Positions 40,551 through 56,374 of a stretch of DNA of 64,000 bases are shown one piece after another; within the stretch, counting starts at the first letter, position 1, and every line of letters begins with the position of its first letter. The DNA lies in contig CT868263.1 in assembly GCA_000165425.1 (NCBI GenBank), forward strand, positions 62,001-126,000, given 5' to 3'. The translations under genes and the position numbers were made by a program. The stretch is from Paramecium tetraurelia. Taxonomy: Eukaryota. The notes under the pieces were generated by a model. It ran no database searches. It saw nothing but the letters and a program-made list of their open reading frames with translations, and was not told the DNA's origin.

Positions 40551-41611
40551 TATTTATCATAATGCATAAACTATCTTATTTAAAATTTTCATTGAATTAA
40601 TAATTTATATAATATATAAGATTATATTTTTAAGTTATTTATATATAGTCATAAATAGCTCTTTTTGGCTATTTAAAGTCAAAATTTAATTATCTTAACT
40701 TCAAGGTATATATTAAGATGAGTTTTTGATGTTTTAAGCAACCAACCTAAAAGGCTATAGAATATCAGTGAATTGACGCTTAATTTTATAAATAGATTTC
40801 TTATCATCAAACTTTTCATTTAATTTAAGAATTGAACCTTTGAGGTTATCTGTGATAACTTGAATTAAGTTGAAACTTAAAGGAATGTATATTTTAAGAT
40901 AAATTTACTAAAATAATCCAAATAATATGGTTGTATGTGTTCAATATTATCATATTAGTATATTTAATAATAGGAAATTTAAGTTAAATTTAATATTTTG
41001 GTTAATATATATCAAACATTCAAATAATAAATAATAATAAATGACATACTTTTACTATTTAATAATAGAAGCTAACTTGTAGAGATAAGACAAACAGAAT
41101 AACTTTCACACAAAATTTTGTAAAAAATAATTGCTTTAGAATAAAATTTAATTACAACATATTTTTAATGGTTTTAATTAACAATTTTTCAATAATAAAA
41201 TTTTTTGTAATTTGAGGAATAAAGAAGAAGTAATCATTAAATCTATTTTCTTCAATAATACCCAAACTCATTTCTTATTCAAAAATAATAATCTAAGGGT
41301 GTTAAATTTTTGAAACAATAAAAGGTAAAATCATAAGGAAGATTGAAATTGCTTTGTTTTTAATAAGTGTGATATTGAATACCTTCGGAGATTGAATCTT
41401 ATTATTTATATTTAATTATAATTTTTGAAGAGAAGTGGAAAAATTTCTAAAATAGAAAAACAAGTATATTGTTGATATTAGAGTAGTAGATTCTATTAGA
41501 AGGGCAATAAAAATAATAATAATAATAAGATCATCACATTTAGGTATATTTCAAATATGGATATGATTAATTAAAATATTCAAATAATTTTATAATATAA
41601 ATAATAATAAA

Positions 41612-44600
41612 TCATATTCTTCTTGATTGAATGACTTTAACAGCCTTTTTGACAACATCTAAAATTACTGTTAAGTTTAAGGATTTCAATTTCTCTTCTG
41701 CTGCTTATTTATTCAATCCCAATCCTCCAATCATAGGTAAGGCAGCATTAACAATTGCTGCAAAAGTACCTGGTATAGCAAATGCTTAAACTCCGATCAG
41801 TATGAATGCCAATACAATGACTAAGTATACTATTAAAACAATAAGTCCTTTGATTAACATTGGTTTAGAAATTCCTAAATATTCTAAGCTTAGGAACATA
41901 GTTTAGACTGAAATTTCTTGCATGATTTCTTTAAATTCATAGAAATCTATCATGCAAGTCGAGATGTTTACTTAATCACCCTTGATAGTAACTAACACCT
42001 CTCTAAATTTATGCTCTGTAATTTCTATGTTAATTCTTCTTAAAAATTCAATCACATCATTAGCTTTAACTTGTCTCTAACCATTCTTATCCAAAACTCT
42101 AAACATATCTTCATATTATAATTCTCGGTTGTCATTTAATTTACTCATAACTGAATTCATGTATTGCATAGTTCTAACTGTATTTGGATTGACTAAAGAG
42201 GCCATCTTCTCTTTAATCAATTATTGAGGTGATTACAAACCTACTTAAAAGTCTTTCATTAAGTTAATTAGAAGCTAACTATTTGACTGAGATATTTTCA
42301 TGACTTAAAAGAACTCTGATGTAACTTCATTGAATTTCTTATATTTAATGGCAATGATGGCTTCGATGCACTTAACCAATATTTGTAAATCCTTTTCTTA
42401 TTTTTGTCCAAACATAGGTTCTAAGACTGGCTTAACAGCTTTTAGCAATTCTCTCTCATTCATTTCTTTTGCATCATCCAATGACTTAATCATTTTTTAT
42501 GCATTGGATGCAATCAAAAACAATTAGGCCAATGGGATATTATCAAACTTCTTATCATATAACTGTTGATTGCTGAAACACCCTTTCTAGATTTACTATG
42601 GCAACTCTTTCAATTTTTCGATGTCTTCAGTTTAATAAAATAGGAATATCATTTTAATGATCTCTCCAATTTCTTTGTAATTAGACAATAAGGTGGATAT
42701 AGCTTTAAGGAACTTTTCTCCTTTAATATCTTTTGGATCTGATAAACCACTGAACATAATAATGGTACCCTCGATAACTTCTTTTTAATCTTTCAAAGCT
42801 TCAATCTTAGTGATTTCAGATATAAATTATTTCAAAATCTTTTGTTCTGGGTCTGCATGAATTTTGTTATTATATAATAATTCAAGTAAACTTTGAATTA
42901 TTATTTATTGAGGAGGTGGAAGTTATGAAATATCAAACACTTTCCCTTTTAAGAATTCAAAGAATTATTAGAGTTGACTTTCTTAATTTTGTCTGCACCA
43001 CGCCAAGAATGCCTCCTTATAAAAACCGATATTCTTTTCTGTAATGGCTGATTCGGAATTGTTATCTTTGCTGCTAACCTCATAAAATTTGTTTAACATA
43101 GATGAAAAGTCTTCTAGATTAGCTGCTTCAATAAAATTTGAAGAGAAATTAGTGAATTAAGTGAATGGTTCTTTGTTCTTTTCTATAATTGAACCTAGCC
43201 ATAATATTGGATACAATAACACATTCATAAGTTTGACATTATCAACATCGCTAATAGTAGGAAGATTTGATACATGAGCAATTGAACTCAAGGATACTAG
43301 AATGTTTGAGTATTTTGAGAATTATCCTAAGTTATTTTTCTCCATAATTTGATAAGATTTTGAAATTAAGACATTTATGTTTTTAGAATGATCTACTTCG
43401 ATGATAGCTTTGGCAAGATTCCATGCACTTTTATTTCTTTCATCTTATAAAACGTCAATTTTATCTTCAAATTTTGCAAAGTTAGCATTTGATTTATCAC
43501 CTTTAAATAACAATTACAAAATAAATTGGATAACAAATATTAATTATTCTTGTCCTTTTCTATCTATATTGAATACTTTAATTAATATTTCTAAGAATCC
43601 ACTTTATTAATTATCTGCTAATACTTCAGTCTTTCCTTCGAATACAAAATTTAGATATTGAATCAGTTTATTGGTACTCTCCTCTGGAAACTCTTCTTTA
43701 TCCTTGATGAAAGTATTCATGAGTGCAGTTTCAATAAACTTAATCAAGTTCTAATTCATCTAAGTCTTGAGTATTTATTGGAATGATTAAGATGATACTT
43801 GTTATCTGTCTAACAAAGGACTTCTTAATCCAAAGTTCTTGAATTAAAGCAATAGCTCAATAATAAAAGTGCTAATCATTCTTTCAGATAACAATCCAGT
43901 CTCTACACGTTCTTATTCTCTACTGAATGCAATCAGTGCGTACCATGCTTCCACATCACCCAAGAAGCATCTTATCATCAATTTTAATGGTGATTTAATT
44001 GATGACTAGATTTCATTACAACCTTATATTAATTCATCAATTCCTAAATTCAAGAGATGACTATTGTTTTTAAATTAAACTTGATCTTCCTAGCTTAAAT
44101 TTTCATATTAATCTCCTATTGAATAATACAAATAACATGCTGGTACTCTGGTAGCTAATGATGAGAATTTTCCAGAAGCTTTTGAGTTTTCTAATTGAAC
44201 TCTGACTAACATTAACATAACTGCATCCATTATTATAAAATCATTTCCCCAAGTTTTAGTAATAAATTAAGTGTTCATAGCTTTTGGATTATAAAATAGA
44301 TCTACTAAAGGCTTTAACTCTTTTCTCTCTGTTTCATTTAAAGTTAAACCCAATAAGTTATCGATCAACTAATTTAAATTTACAGGCATTTTTTGTTTAG
44401 TTCCTCTAAATTTAGGTTAAGCTCTTTATTTGCTATCAACAAGAGAAAGTGCATCAAAGAATTTAAAGGCTGTTTCTTTGTTTTATTAATTCTATTACTA
44501 TGGAGGGTTTTCATTTTCCTTTGAAGCAACAGTGTATTGTCCAGCATAGTATTGGATTAATGAAATCATGATTTGCTGAATTTATTCTGAAGATTAATCA

Positions 44601-47600
44601 CTCTCCAAAACTTCAATTTCACTTTGTTTAAATATTTACTTTTTAATCAATTCTAAAGATTTGTCCCAATATTTAGACCTTACGTATCCATATTGGGAGA
44701 TATTCAACTGGGTCAATTTATTAATCAAGGAATATTGCAGTTATAATTTCTATAATTCTTTTGGTAAGCTTTTAGCCATTTCTTCAAAGTATTCTTTTTG
44801 ATTAGTTTTGTTGGATTTGCTATTGATATAGATCATTGAAATTGCTGGAATAATTCCTCTTTCATCATTTTTAAACAATGAAGTCCAAAACTAATTGTAA
44901 TTTTCGAATTCAAGTTTATTGTCTATTTATCCATTATTATCTGGTAAAACTCTGTAAAATACTTAGCAATATTCTTCATATTATTTGTTGAAGTATTCAG
45001 AAAGATCATTAAAACTATCACTTTTTTAATTAGTGTAATTAGACTTTGTACCTCTTATTTCTAATAGAGGATCACTGATTCCAGGATATAATATTCCTTC
45101 CATTTTAACAAAGTCAATTTGTTTTTGAGATCTTAATTTTGTAGTATCGAATATTCCTAAAGTTAATAATTTCACCAGTGCTGGTTTGTTCAAATTAGCA
45201 AGATTTTTGTTATCATAAAAGTATAAATATTTTTCAAAGACAGTAAAGGCCATATTGATGCAAAATTAACCTTTTACATATTAAGATAGAGCTGAATCCT
45301 TTCTCTTTTTTATTTATCTCATTTATTTTAATTAATAAATCAGAATAATTGATGATAACGGGAAATAGTATTGCACTTTACCTTTTGCACTTCCTTTTAT
45401 AAAGGCTTCAATCACATTATACTAACTCAAAGTTAATTTAAGGTTATTCAGTAAACTTTCAATCAATTCAGGAGTCAGTCTTTCATTTTATGAATTCTTT
45501 AAAGTTTCAAATTCAATTATTTTTATTAAACTTAATGCATCATATTCAAAATTATTGAATTTATTCATGAAATCCTTGATCACCTATTAGTTACGAGTTG
45601 ACTCTGATTACAGTATCTATTATAAGCATGGATTAGAATTTTGATTCTCATTAAATATTGCAGTAACTAATACTGGATTAATGCCAGCTGCCAATTATAA
45701 TAGACTGAAAGCTTCTTAAACATCTTAGTCGCTAGTTTAAGCTACTTAAAGTAAGGCTTTTTCAACAGATTTTTAAGATAATCTCTCGAGAGTGTCGGAT
45801 CTATTTCTAATTTATTCTGGTTATTTGTCTTTATACCAATCAAATTTATCATATTTACCAATTCCTGCAATAGCTGCTGCAAATATTGCTGCTGGTTCTT
45901 ATTGATCAAGTATTTGAATTCTGTTTAATAAATATAAGAAATTGGTTGGTCTAGGATGAGAGAACCAATGTAAGACTTCTAGAACTTCTGTTTGTCCAAG
46001 ATCATTTTATTATCCTTATTGTTTCTTATTCTCTTTATCTTGTTTGAATACTTCCGCTCTTTACTCAGCCAAAGAATTAAAATTATCTTACAATTCTTTC
46101 CAAGATTCTCTTTTTACTAGCTGTCTCTTAAATGCAAAGAAGACTTTGAATAATCTTGAAGCAGTGGGATTTTGTTCCATTTTTAATTTGATTGTCAATG
46201 ACTTCGAATCCATAGAATTTGACTCTAGAATACCAGACAAATCAATCAAAGGACTTACTTCCTTGATTCCGAATTTCTTTTCTATTAATTAATGAACTTT
46301 TGGATCTGATAACAATTTTTATTTATTTTCTGACACTAAGGCAGATACTAAAAATTATGCAAATTTGATTGCTTCTTCATCTAAGTCAAAGATATTCACC
46401 AAGACATCATAATCTGGTTTTGGAGTCATCAAACTGAATAATCCTTAGATAGCATTTTGATTGGGTTTCTCCGAACTCAAAACAGTACTAAAATAGGTTT
46501 AAAGGAGTTCCATGAAACAATCCAAATCTGAGCTAATGAAATATTTCAATTATTAAGTCGCCCAAATTAATTATTTGTAAGAACTATCATTTTCATTGAC
46601 TGCTTATTGAGTAACAAAGCCTCTAACAATAGCCAATACTTTCTTGAAAAACTTTCTAAATTTATTTTCTTTGATGAAATCGCAATATTTAGTTAAGAAG
46701 GCCAACACATTTTCATAATTCTTATCCATTAATCCAGATATGAATTTCTAGAGATCATCGGTCTAGTTTTGATATCGATCAGCAAATTAAGTTCCTTAGG
46801 GTTTTGGATATAATTAAAATAAGATATCTTTAATTGCTTTATCTCTAATTGAAGTATTCTGATTAAACATCATTTTAACAAACTTCTCAGAAAATGGTAT
46901 TAAATCTTAAAGACTTTTCACCTATTCATAGTTCAATTTTGAATTTTAGTTAACTACAACTGGAGAAAACTCAAACTTTTTTTTGTCACTATTCTCTATT
47001 TTAAATTTATCTAATTCGTATTTAATGTAATTGAATATGTCGCTATATAGAGAGGTGCTTATTGCTTGTCTTGTTTGGAAAATTTAGTTAATAAATAAGT
47101 TCTGCAATTTCTAGAATTAGTAGGGTATAGTATTAGGCAATTGGAAGGATGCAATATTTTATTCAACATCGATTACTTTTTGAAGTTCTATTTATATTTT
47201 GTTAAGATCAATGCTCTCATATGATTTGGGATGATAACTAATAAAGTATTTAATAGCTTTTGATATGCTAGATGCATCCTTGAATGAAAGAAGTACTAGC
47301 AAATTCTTGAATGGCTCAACCTTCAATCCATTAAGTAAAGGGGAATTTAAAGTGTTATTAGATAGAACACCTTACTACTATTCTAAAATCATGTATAAGT
47401 ATTCTAATTTCAGAGGTATTTGGTTGGATAATTCAGCTAAGAAATCTGCCTTTTATTGTTTATTTGATTTTTCATCTCTTAGGGATTTCTTGAGGAAAGT
47501 AAAGAATGTAACTTTTTCAGTTTTATAGTAATTTACTAATTGATCCTCATTATCATCTGGTTATTGATTAACATAAAGTTGAAGCTTCTAATCATTATCC

Positions 47601-50600
47601 CATATTTTATTAATTTCCTCCTTCAATCCTTTTGGATCTCTATTCATTTCATCATAGAATTATTTACCAAACATTTACTTTTTTGCCATTGCCAAATAGA
47701 GTTTAAATTTTGAGTCATCAGTAACATAGTCCTTCAAACTTTTATCTAATATTTTTTCAATTGCTAAAAATCCATTGAATACTCTAAACATTCCTTTGGA
47801 AGAAAAGATTATTTCCAATAGTTTATCAACTAATCCTTTGTACACGTATTTATATTAGCATAAGAATATCAAGATATCTTCGAAATTAGTTTTTGAAAGC
47901 AATTCAAAAATGAATTTGACTTGGAACATATGGCTCTCTAAACTTTTTGATGTAATTTTAACTAATTCATAGTAAATAGCATCATGATAAATGGTATCTT
48001 AAATTTCATTTCTTATGGTTAAAATTAATCCGATCACAGCATTTTCAGAGATCTAGAATGCTAATGAGATTAATTCAATTATGTCTCTATTATTTAATTT
48101 GTCTTTTCTTTATATAATCTAGGTGGCAGGTTTAGAGAAGATCTAATCACTCCATGCGTCCGCCTAATTTTAAGCAGATTTACTTTCACTTTCACTATTA
48201 TTTTTGTCTAAAATGCTTGATGACCATAAAAATCTACTGGATACAAACAAGATGTCAAATATTAATTCATGAGACTTACCTTGTAAATTGATAGGTAACT
48301 CTTATTTCCAATTTTTAGTACATAATTACAAAGCCGAAAATCCAACATTTAATAAACCATTATGTTATTCCAATAATTTCTCGAAATACTCTTCATTTTC
48401 TCCATCATCTCCTGGATAAATTTATGAAAATAGTTTCACTAAATCTGAAAGAGGTGGTTTATCATTCTTTAGGAATTTGACAGCAAAGAGTATGAATATT
48501 TCAAATTTGGTTTTTAGTGTTTGATCCATATTGTCCTTTAAGAAATATTTATCACATAGTCTAATAATGACTCCTGCTTATTCAGTGGGAGTCAATTACA
48601 TCTCTTTATCAATAAATAAGGATTATTGCTTAGAAAATAGGAGTTGATAAACTGCAGCTAAATCTTGATCAATGTTAAATAAGGATAGTAATTATTTAAT
48701 TAATCCTTATTTTGCTTCTTCAACATTGTTATTTTCACTTAAGGATTGAGCATATTAAAATATCATTTCTAAAGCTTACAAAGGAATTGGAGAAATGGCA
48801 ACAAAGTCTTTGAGGTTTTCAAATAGTTTTTTAACCTAAACTAATATATTTTTAGGTGTGCTATCCATCATTAAATTAAATAGGGAAAGCATTACACTTT
48901 TGAATGCCTATTGACTTGCTCCTTTGTCTTCTATCTATGTTTATAACATCATGCCATCAACAACAGCATCAAGTAAAAACACACTAATCATAGGTAAGTG
49001 AACTTGTAATTCCCTTCTCTACTCTTCTGGAGTCTTTTTAGAAAATACCCGACTCAATTTAACAGATGTTGCATAAATCCATTTAACAATTCCAGCTGGT
49101 ATTTTGTTTTAACTTTAAATTTATATTTGATTCGCCAATGGGTCGATAATTTCCTCAAACTTTACAAAGTTAACCTTAACTAATTATTCAGCTATGATTT
49201 CAGGTACTTCGAATTAATCCTTTGCGATTCTTATAAACTTCTCACAAGCCTTTTGAATAAATTTATCCTTAATTTGTTTGAAATTGATTTAATCCTAATT
49301 TAAATCAGTAGATCCCGCATTATCGATCATCCCTTAAGTTAGAATACACAATTCATTGAGTTCTTCACCAAAACCTAGGTTTTCAGCCATCTCTTTAGCT
49401 GAATCCATATTGGTTGAATTAATGATAGTAGTTGATAAATCTGATAACTTTTAGATTTCTTTTATTATAGCTGCAGCCAACGATCCAAAAGTCCTCAAGT
49501 AGATATCATTAATTATTTTCTTGATTTCATTGCAAGCTTATTCATAGGTTGACTTGATCTAAGATATCTAAGCAGCAACAAAAGCAACTAAGGACAAGGC
49601 AGATGATGAGTACACGAGATAAAAATTAGGATTGATTATTGCTCCCAACAGTAACCATACGATAATTAATCCAAAATAAAAGAATACACTGAATGCCAAT
49701 ATTAAGAATTGTATCCATTAAAACCAATTGAAATATTTCATTAATTTGTTCTAGTACAACTTAAACTCCCACATATAACCAACTTCATCTGGGAAATATG
49801 ATAATAAGTATTTAACACTCTAGAATAAGAATGTAATGATCGCATAATAAGCCAATAACACACCTAAGGCTAAGACCCAATAATCCAAAATGCCGAAGTA
49901 GTTAGTTATAGTCCATGGTCTACTTAAAGCATCATCCATGAATAGTAAATTCTTTGGATCATAAATGGAGAAGGGTGAGTAGGATGTGTTGATGATGATG
50001 ATGAAATAAAGCAATGGGACAATTGTAATTGCAGTAACCAAAAAGTTGCCTAACACCACAGTTATGTCTGATAATATCCAACCATTCATGTAAAGGGCAT
50101 CAAAATAATCCATCAAGACATTTTCATCTACTTCTTCTCTATATGAATACTCTCTATTGAAGATTCTGGTTTTGTAGTTAAAAATCAAGCTTTGAATAAA
50201 CATGAAGGGATAGTTGTAATAAAATACGTTATTATTTAATTTTCTAGAACCCATAGTTTTAATTGGGTTTTATTAGAATCTATTTATTTCTGTGCTTCTT
50301 CTCAATAGAAATACTGGTTATTCAAGATAATAATCTTCAATAAATGGAATGTAATGAGTGCATCTACCCAAAAACCTAATGTACCATGATTATCTTTATT
50401 GGATTCCAGTTTTGACTTTCCTTAATTCAAATGCCTTGAGATCTGAAATCAAGAGACCATAATCATTTGAGATATCTTTAATATTGAATTGTTCAACCCT
50501 TAAAGTCTTTCCGCAGAATTTAATATATGCCTTTTCAAGTTTATCAGATGGAACAATATCTGCAGGAATTCCTGTTAATAAACATTAGGTAGCCATAAAG

Positions 50601-53028
50601 AGTTCTAATGAATTTCCAGATGTTTTTTCTTCATCACTAAGTTCTTAATAAGATTTAGCATTAGGATTCAATTTGATTTTCGACAATATAAGCACATCCT
50701 CTTTCTCTGCAAATTCGAAGCCATATTATTCCAACAACTGTTCTTATTAAGATAATGGTTCAATTGTAAGTTTGTTAAGGAAACAGAATTGTTCATATTG
50801 TTCTTTAACTTCTTCCTCATCTATATATAAATAGGATTTGTCCAAAGTTTGTTTATAATATTATTCTGTTTATAATTAATTACTCTTTTTGAATAAAGTC
50901 TTGCAAAACATTTTTGGAGCACTTTTGAAGGATGATTATCCAAAGACATAAAATACGTATGATAATACACCTAATAAAATAGGTGGATCCTTTTTAGAAG
51001 CGAGTTAATCTAATTTTTAGATCATTCTTTTTGCAATAGCTGCTAAATTATCTTTTGTACTTTGAGTGGTTGTTGCGCTATAATTTTAAAACTATGAAGA
51101 GGTTTCCAAAACATAAGTTTCTAGTCCTTGTAATGAAACAATCAATACAAATATACAAACAATACCAAATATTAATGAGGACAACAATGATAAGGCGATT
51201 GCTGCTATGAAAAATGGATCATAGCTTAATGGTTAATAAACAATGTTATTAGCAATATTTTGAATAGTTGACCAATTCTCATACTTTCCTCTTTGCTTTT
51301 CTTCCAATGGATCAAAACCAGGATAAGTAAGATTTTCATTTAGTGTTTCATTTTACTTGACAAAATTATCTTTTTAAATGAATATAGCCTCTCCATAAGT
51401 AGTATTAAAAGTTCTCTTGATTAATTCTTAAATTTTTAATGTTTATCTTGCATTCAAAGCTGGATTCCAGGGACACATTCCTGGATCTGTGCTTACTTAG
51501 AAATGAGTAAATGTAGGATTCAAGAAAGTAGCTGAAAATGCAGATAACCACCATGGTTAAGAGGCTGCATATGATGGGTTACTGAAAAAGGACCAAAATG
51601 TACTATAAGTGTGTTGTAGTAAGTAGTGACCACCAACATCAAGTCTTACGGCAACATCTGCAGATCCACTATTATTCATAAATTGTTGTATTTTAAGGTG
51701 GGATTCTTAATCAAAATTTAAATTTCCAGACTTAAAAGGATAAGTCTCAAACCATTCAAACTCATCAACTCCATCGATTAAGGGTTTACCTATACCAAAG
51801 AGGATGTTGGCATATATTGAACTTGAATTACCAATTACATTAATCTTTTGTTATGTATTGCAGGAGTCTTTTTCGCATAAATCCATTTAGCCAACACATG
51901 TCTTGGTAAGCATTTCCTGTTAATTTGCTTCTAAATAACAATTTTCTTAGGCCGTGTTTAAAATTTAATATGCGGTTGTACAAATAGCTTGTGATTATGA
52001 TGAATAATTCAAAAAGTATGATTTAGTTGATTAAATGATGATATCTCCACTTAGCATTCTGATGTTAGCCTCTGTGACTATGAAATGATTCAAAAACAAA
52101 TTTCCTGTTGATTCTGAATGAAATATAAAATTTTGTGTTTTTATATTTCTCATATTGATCTGCATTTTTGCCTTGGGCTCTGATGTCGCGTTGAACAATG
52201 TATTAACTGCTAATTCATCTTATCCAAATGCCATTACACATTCCGTTTCATATTTGCACAGTATTTTTAAATTATCAATTTATTTTGGCAGTTACAAATC
52301 AATTATACAAGTCCTTTGCTAAACGTATTTAAATATAGATACATCAGGATTTGGATCATAAAATGTGAGATTAGCAACACCTGTGTCTAATATTTCACCC
52401 ATAATTCGGAAATCATCTGAGCCATTCACTTACTGGCTCATACTTCCTTTTGCTTTAAATGAAAACTAACATATGTTTTTGTTAATATACCTTTAAATAG
52501 TCATCAGACTGGCTCACATTCAAAAAACAATTTCCAACATAGATATCAATATTGCTAGTATCCTTCAATGCACTCCAAGATGAGTTTTTCACTGTTACAA
52601 AATATCCCCATGCAAAAAATCCTACAACAAGACCTATAAATAAAATTTATAGTATCAGTCTTGTCAATCTTCGAAGTAAAATCATTCCAGAATATATACT
52701 AGAATAGTGATCAATTTATACCTTTCTAAGCGACTCTCATTCTCTGCTTTGTTTGTTTTATTGCCTTCGCCTTATTTTTGTTGCTTGAATTGAATCATCC
52801 ATTAATTCAATTAATTCTTGCTGCCTACAAGTTAGGCTTTTATTTTTTAATCGTCTTTCTATAAGTATATATTAAATCTCTTACTCCTATTTCCCCATAA
52901 TTTATAAGTTCAAGGTCTTCTCTAGGGGTTGGCTTTTCTTTGTAACTTAATAATTCGTATTCAGCATATCCGCTTGGATATACCTTTACGGAAGTACCAG
53001 GAGTCTAGTTTTGTTCTGTGTTATTCAT
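41612..53028 (-). CDS. Giant (~3780 aa) multipass membrane protein with C-terminal EF-hand-like motifs
   Basis: Three 5' introns (52859-52884, 52699-52721, 52466-52490), then apparently one frame from 52465 to TGA 41612; both minus-strand ORF-track fragments inside it share this frame. Hydrophobic segments near 52630, 51170, 50050-49580 and 41850-41720. EF-like DMFRVLDKNGQRQVKANDVIEFL. Confidence 0.85.
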
Positions 53029-54533
53029 ATCTTGTCTAATATTTATTAAAATAATTGAAAAAGAAGGGTTAATGATGGTTGGTTATATAATATAAATAAT
53101 TTTTAGCGTTACAAACTTCTTATTTTATATTAATTAAATTATGTATAATTAAAGCTGTTGAATTATAATTATATAAATGGTCATAATTTTGATATTTTTG
53201 ATCAACACTTACTTAAGTATTATAAGGGTAACAAATCTTATGACCTCATACCACAAATAATAATATATTACACTAATTAATGAAATTCCATTTTAATTCC
53301 ACTTCTTAGGTCAATCATACATACCTTTGATCAAACCGATCATTATTAGAATTAAAATATATAGCTCAATATCATAAAGGATTTCATGATTTTTTTTAAT
53401 TTGAATAATGGCCTCTCCATTATTGATAAATGTTGATTGCTATTAAGTCAAAAGTTTTTTGAACTAATCCTTAATATCTTCGGAAAACAATAAAATATTC
53501 TATTATTACTATATTATTTATCATTGATTGGCGAATTAGAATAAAATTTTGACTCAATACTTAGTATAATTTTCATAAAATGGATTTTGTTATTATTTCT
53601 CAAAATAGCTTTCAGATTATATCTGTATATCATTTCTAATTAATTTAGATCAGTTGCTTGTTAACTATGTAATAAAATTATAAAAAATAATTATTAGTTA
53701 AAAAATATTATTAGGATCGTTAAGCATAAGTTATACTGTCTATGCTCATTTCTATTTCATACATTGATTAGATCGATTATTCAGCATAAACAATCACTTA
53801 GTGGTAAATTTAAGAGCATTCATTTATTTTTATTGAAATCAAAAAATTTTTGCTACACTTTATTACCTAAATATATTTAAATATCATTCAATTACTTACA
53901 ACAATACTCAAACTAATGTATTCAATAATAGACCACTTTGATGTACATTTCTAATTTATTATAATTATAATGGAAAAGTACGAATATTATATAATACGGT
54001 TTCATAATAATTTATATACTTTATTCTTAAAATTTATCCTTTTTTCCATAGCCAAAAATTAGAATTCGAAACTCGTATAATTAGTTCTGAAAAAAAAACT
54101 ACTTAAATGTGAGTTTACATTCTTTTATATTGTTATATGTCATCAAAAATTAATAATAAATTATATACTTTCCGTTATTTAAAAAATAATGTATTTATAA
54201 AAGTTGTCTTATCTACTTTTAAATAGCTTGAAATCAATGTTTTTGCATTCATTTTATGTAAAATTAGAGAATGTATACATATAATATTGGTATATATATA
54301 TTTTATTTCATTTAAATAATTTTTATGGATGCTATATATATTATAATTCAAATATATTAGTAACACCCACCTGATGATGATTAGGTATCTGTATATCATA
54401 TATATATAATTAAATGAATATTAATTGTTTCTTTAATATTAATTATTAACGATGTTTACCTTTAATATATAGATATAAATTTTAAATAAATTACATTATA
54501 TGTCATTTATTATTAGTTTAAATAAAATTAAAA

Positions 54534-55793
54534 ATGCTACAATTTGATTAAGAAAAACCAATAGGGAATTTATATAAAATTACTAATAAGCTTGGAAGTG
54601 GATCATTTGGTGAAGTGTTCAAAGGAGTCAACATGGAGACTAATGAGCTGGTGGCTATTAAATTGGTAAAATTTGAATTTGATTAACCTTAAATAGGAAA
54701 GTTAAGAAGCTCAGATGCCTCAAATTAAACATGAATTTTAAATATTATCTGCAATTTAAGGAAATGGTATATTATATTTTCTTTTCTTAGGTATTCCTAA
54801 AGTACATTGGTTTGGGCAATGGGAAGATAAAACTGTGATGGTTATGGAATTACTAGGCTACAACTTAGAGTAACTCTTCAATTTAGTGAACAGAAGATTC
54901 GAATTAAAGACGATGTTAATGCTTATAGATTAAATGGTATACTAATGAAAAAGATCAATTAGTTTTTAGATAGATATCATATCTCTCCTCCATTCAAGAG
55001 GATATTTATATCGTGATATAAAGCCAGAAAATTTCCTGATGGGAATCAACAAAAAATATAGCATAATCTACATAATTGATTTTGGTTTATCAAAGAAATA
55101 CAAGGATAAAAAAACTGGTGAACACATTCCTTACAAAGAAAACAAAGGGTTGATTGGAACTGCCAGATATGTTAGTCTCAACACTCATCTTGGAATAGGT
55201 ATGCTAATTCATTTAAACGAAGAATAAAGCAGAAGAGATGATATGGAATCTCTGGGGTATTTGTGGTTATACTGCCTAAAGGGATCACTGCCTTGGCAAG
55301 GACTGGATGTAAATAATAGAGAAGAGAAATATGAATTAATTAAGACAATCAAACAAACTATTTCAATTGAAGATCTATGTCATGGATTACCGAATGAATT
55401 TGTTAAATACTTTCAACATTGTAGACAGCTCAAATTCGATGAAGAACCTGATTACAAGAGGTTTAAAATGTTATTTAGGGACTTATTTTTTAAATTAGAT
55501 TTCATTTGGGATTATTAATTCGACTGGATAGAATCACTCTAGCAAGAATAAATCTAATCTATCATGCACACAAAATATAGTAAGAACTCGTTATCCAGTC
55601 TTAAAGGAGGAAGTAATTAATTATCAACTATTCAGGTTAAATTCTGAAGACTGATGAGGAAGATGAGGTCTAAGAAAAAATTGAATTCAAAATTGGAGGG
55701 GATTCTTAAATAAATTAAAAGAATGTTAAACCGATGTTAAATTTAGATAAACTAATAAGCAAGCCGAATTTATTTGAAAGTATCTTCAAATGA
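54534..55793 (+). CDS. CK1: Casein kinase 1 family kinase
   Basis: [90 protein letters not shown]. Confidence 0.95.
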
Positions 55794-56374
55794 TTATAAT
55801 ATTAAATTGATAAGTTATATGTTAAAGACAAAGGATAAGTAATATAAATCTATTTTTAAATTTCTATATTTCATTATTTTAATTCAATAAACAAAAGTGT
55901 TCCTTGAATTATGAAACATAAAACATTCAATAAAATGTATTTCTTAAAATTCCTCATTAATGTAATCAGTATCATAATGATATAAAAGCTAAATGATATT
56001 TTGATAATAAGTTAATTGACTATAATAACTTTTTTATTTTTACTATATTTTTACAACTTTCAGCTTAAAGAAGCGAAATAATTTGATATTATTCCAATTT
56101 TATAACAATATCAAGTACACCTTTAATTTCTTTAGATAATTGTTATTAATTAAGTTAATTTGTATTCATACACAAGACTTAAAGTTATCTTATTAAACAA
56201 TAAACCTTACAATTTTAATAACTACAATCAAAATATTTATTGAACAATCTATATAAAAAAAGGATCATTTTAGAAATAATATCTGTTGTTCAACAAAATA
56301 ATAAGTTTAGTTTTTATTTATAGAATACAAGGGTTTATTAATTTGCATTTTATATATTAATATACTAATAAACT

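Noticed and set aside
54360..54395. TGATGA and CTGA motifs suggesting a C/D snoRNA
   Set aside because: No properly placed downstream D box or terminal stem was found.
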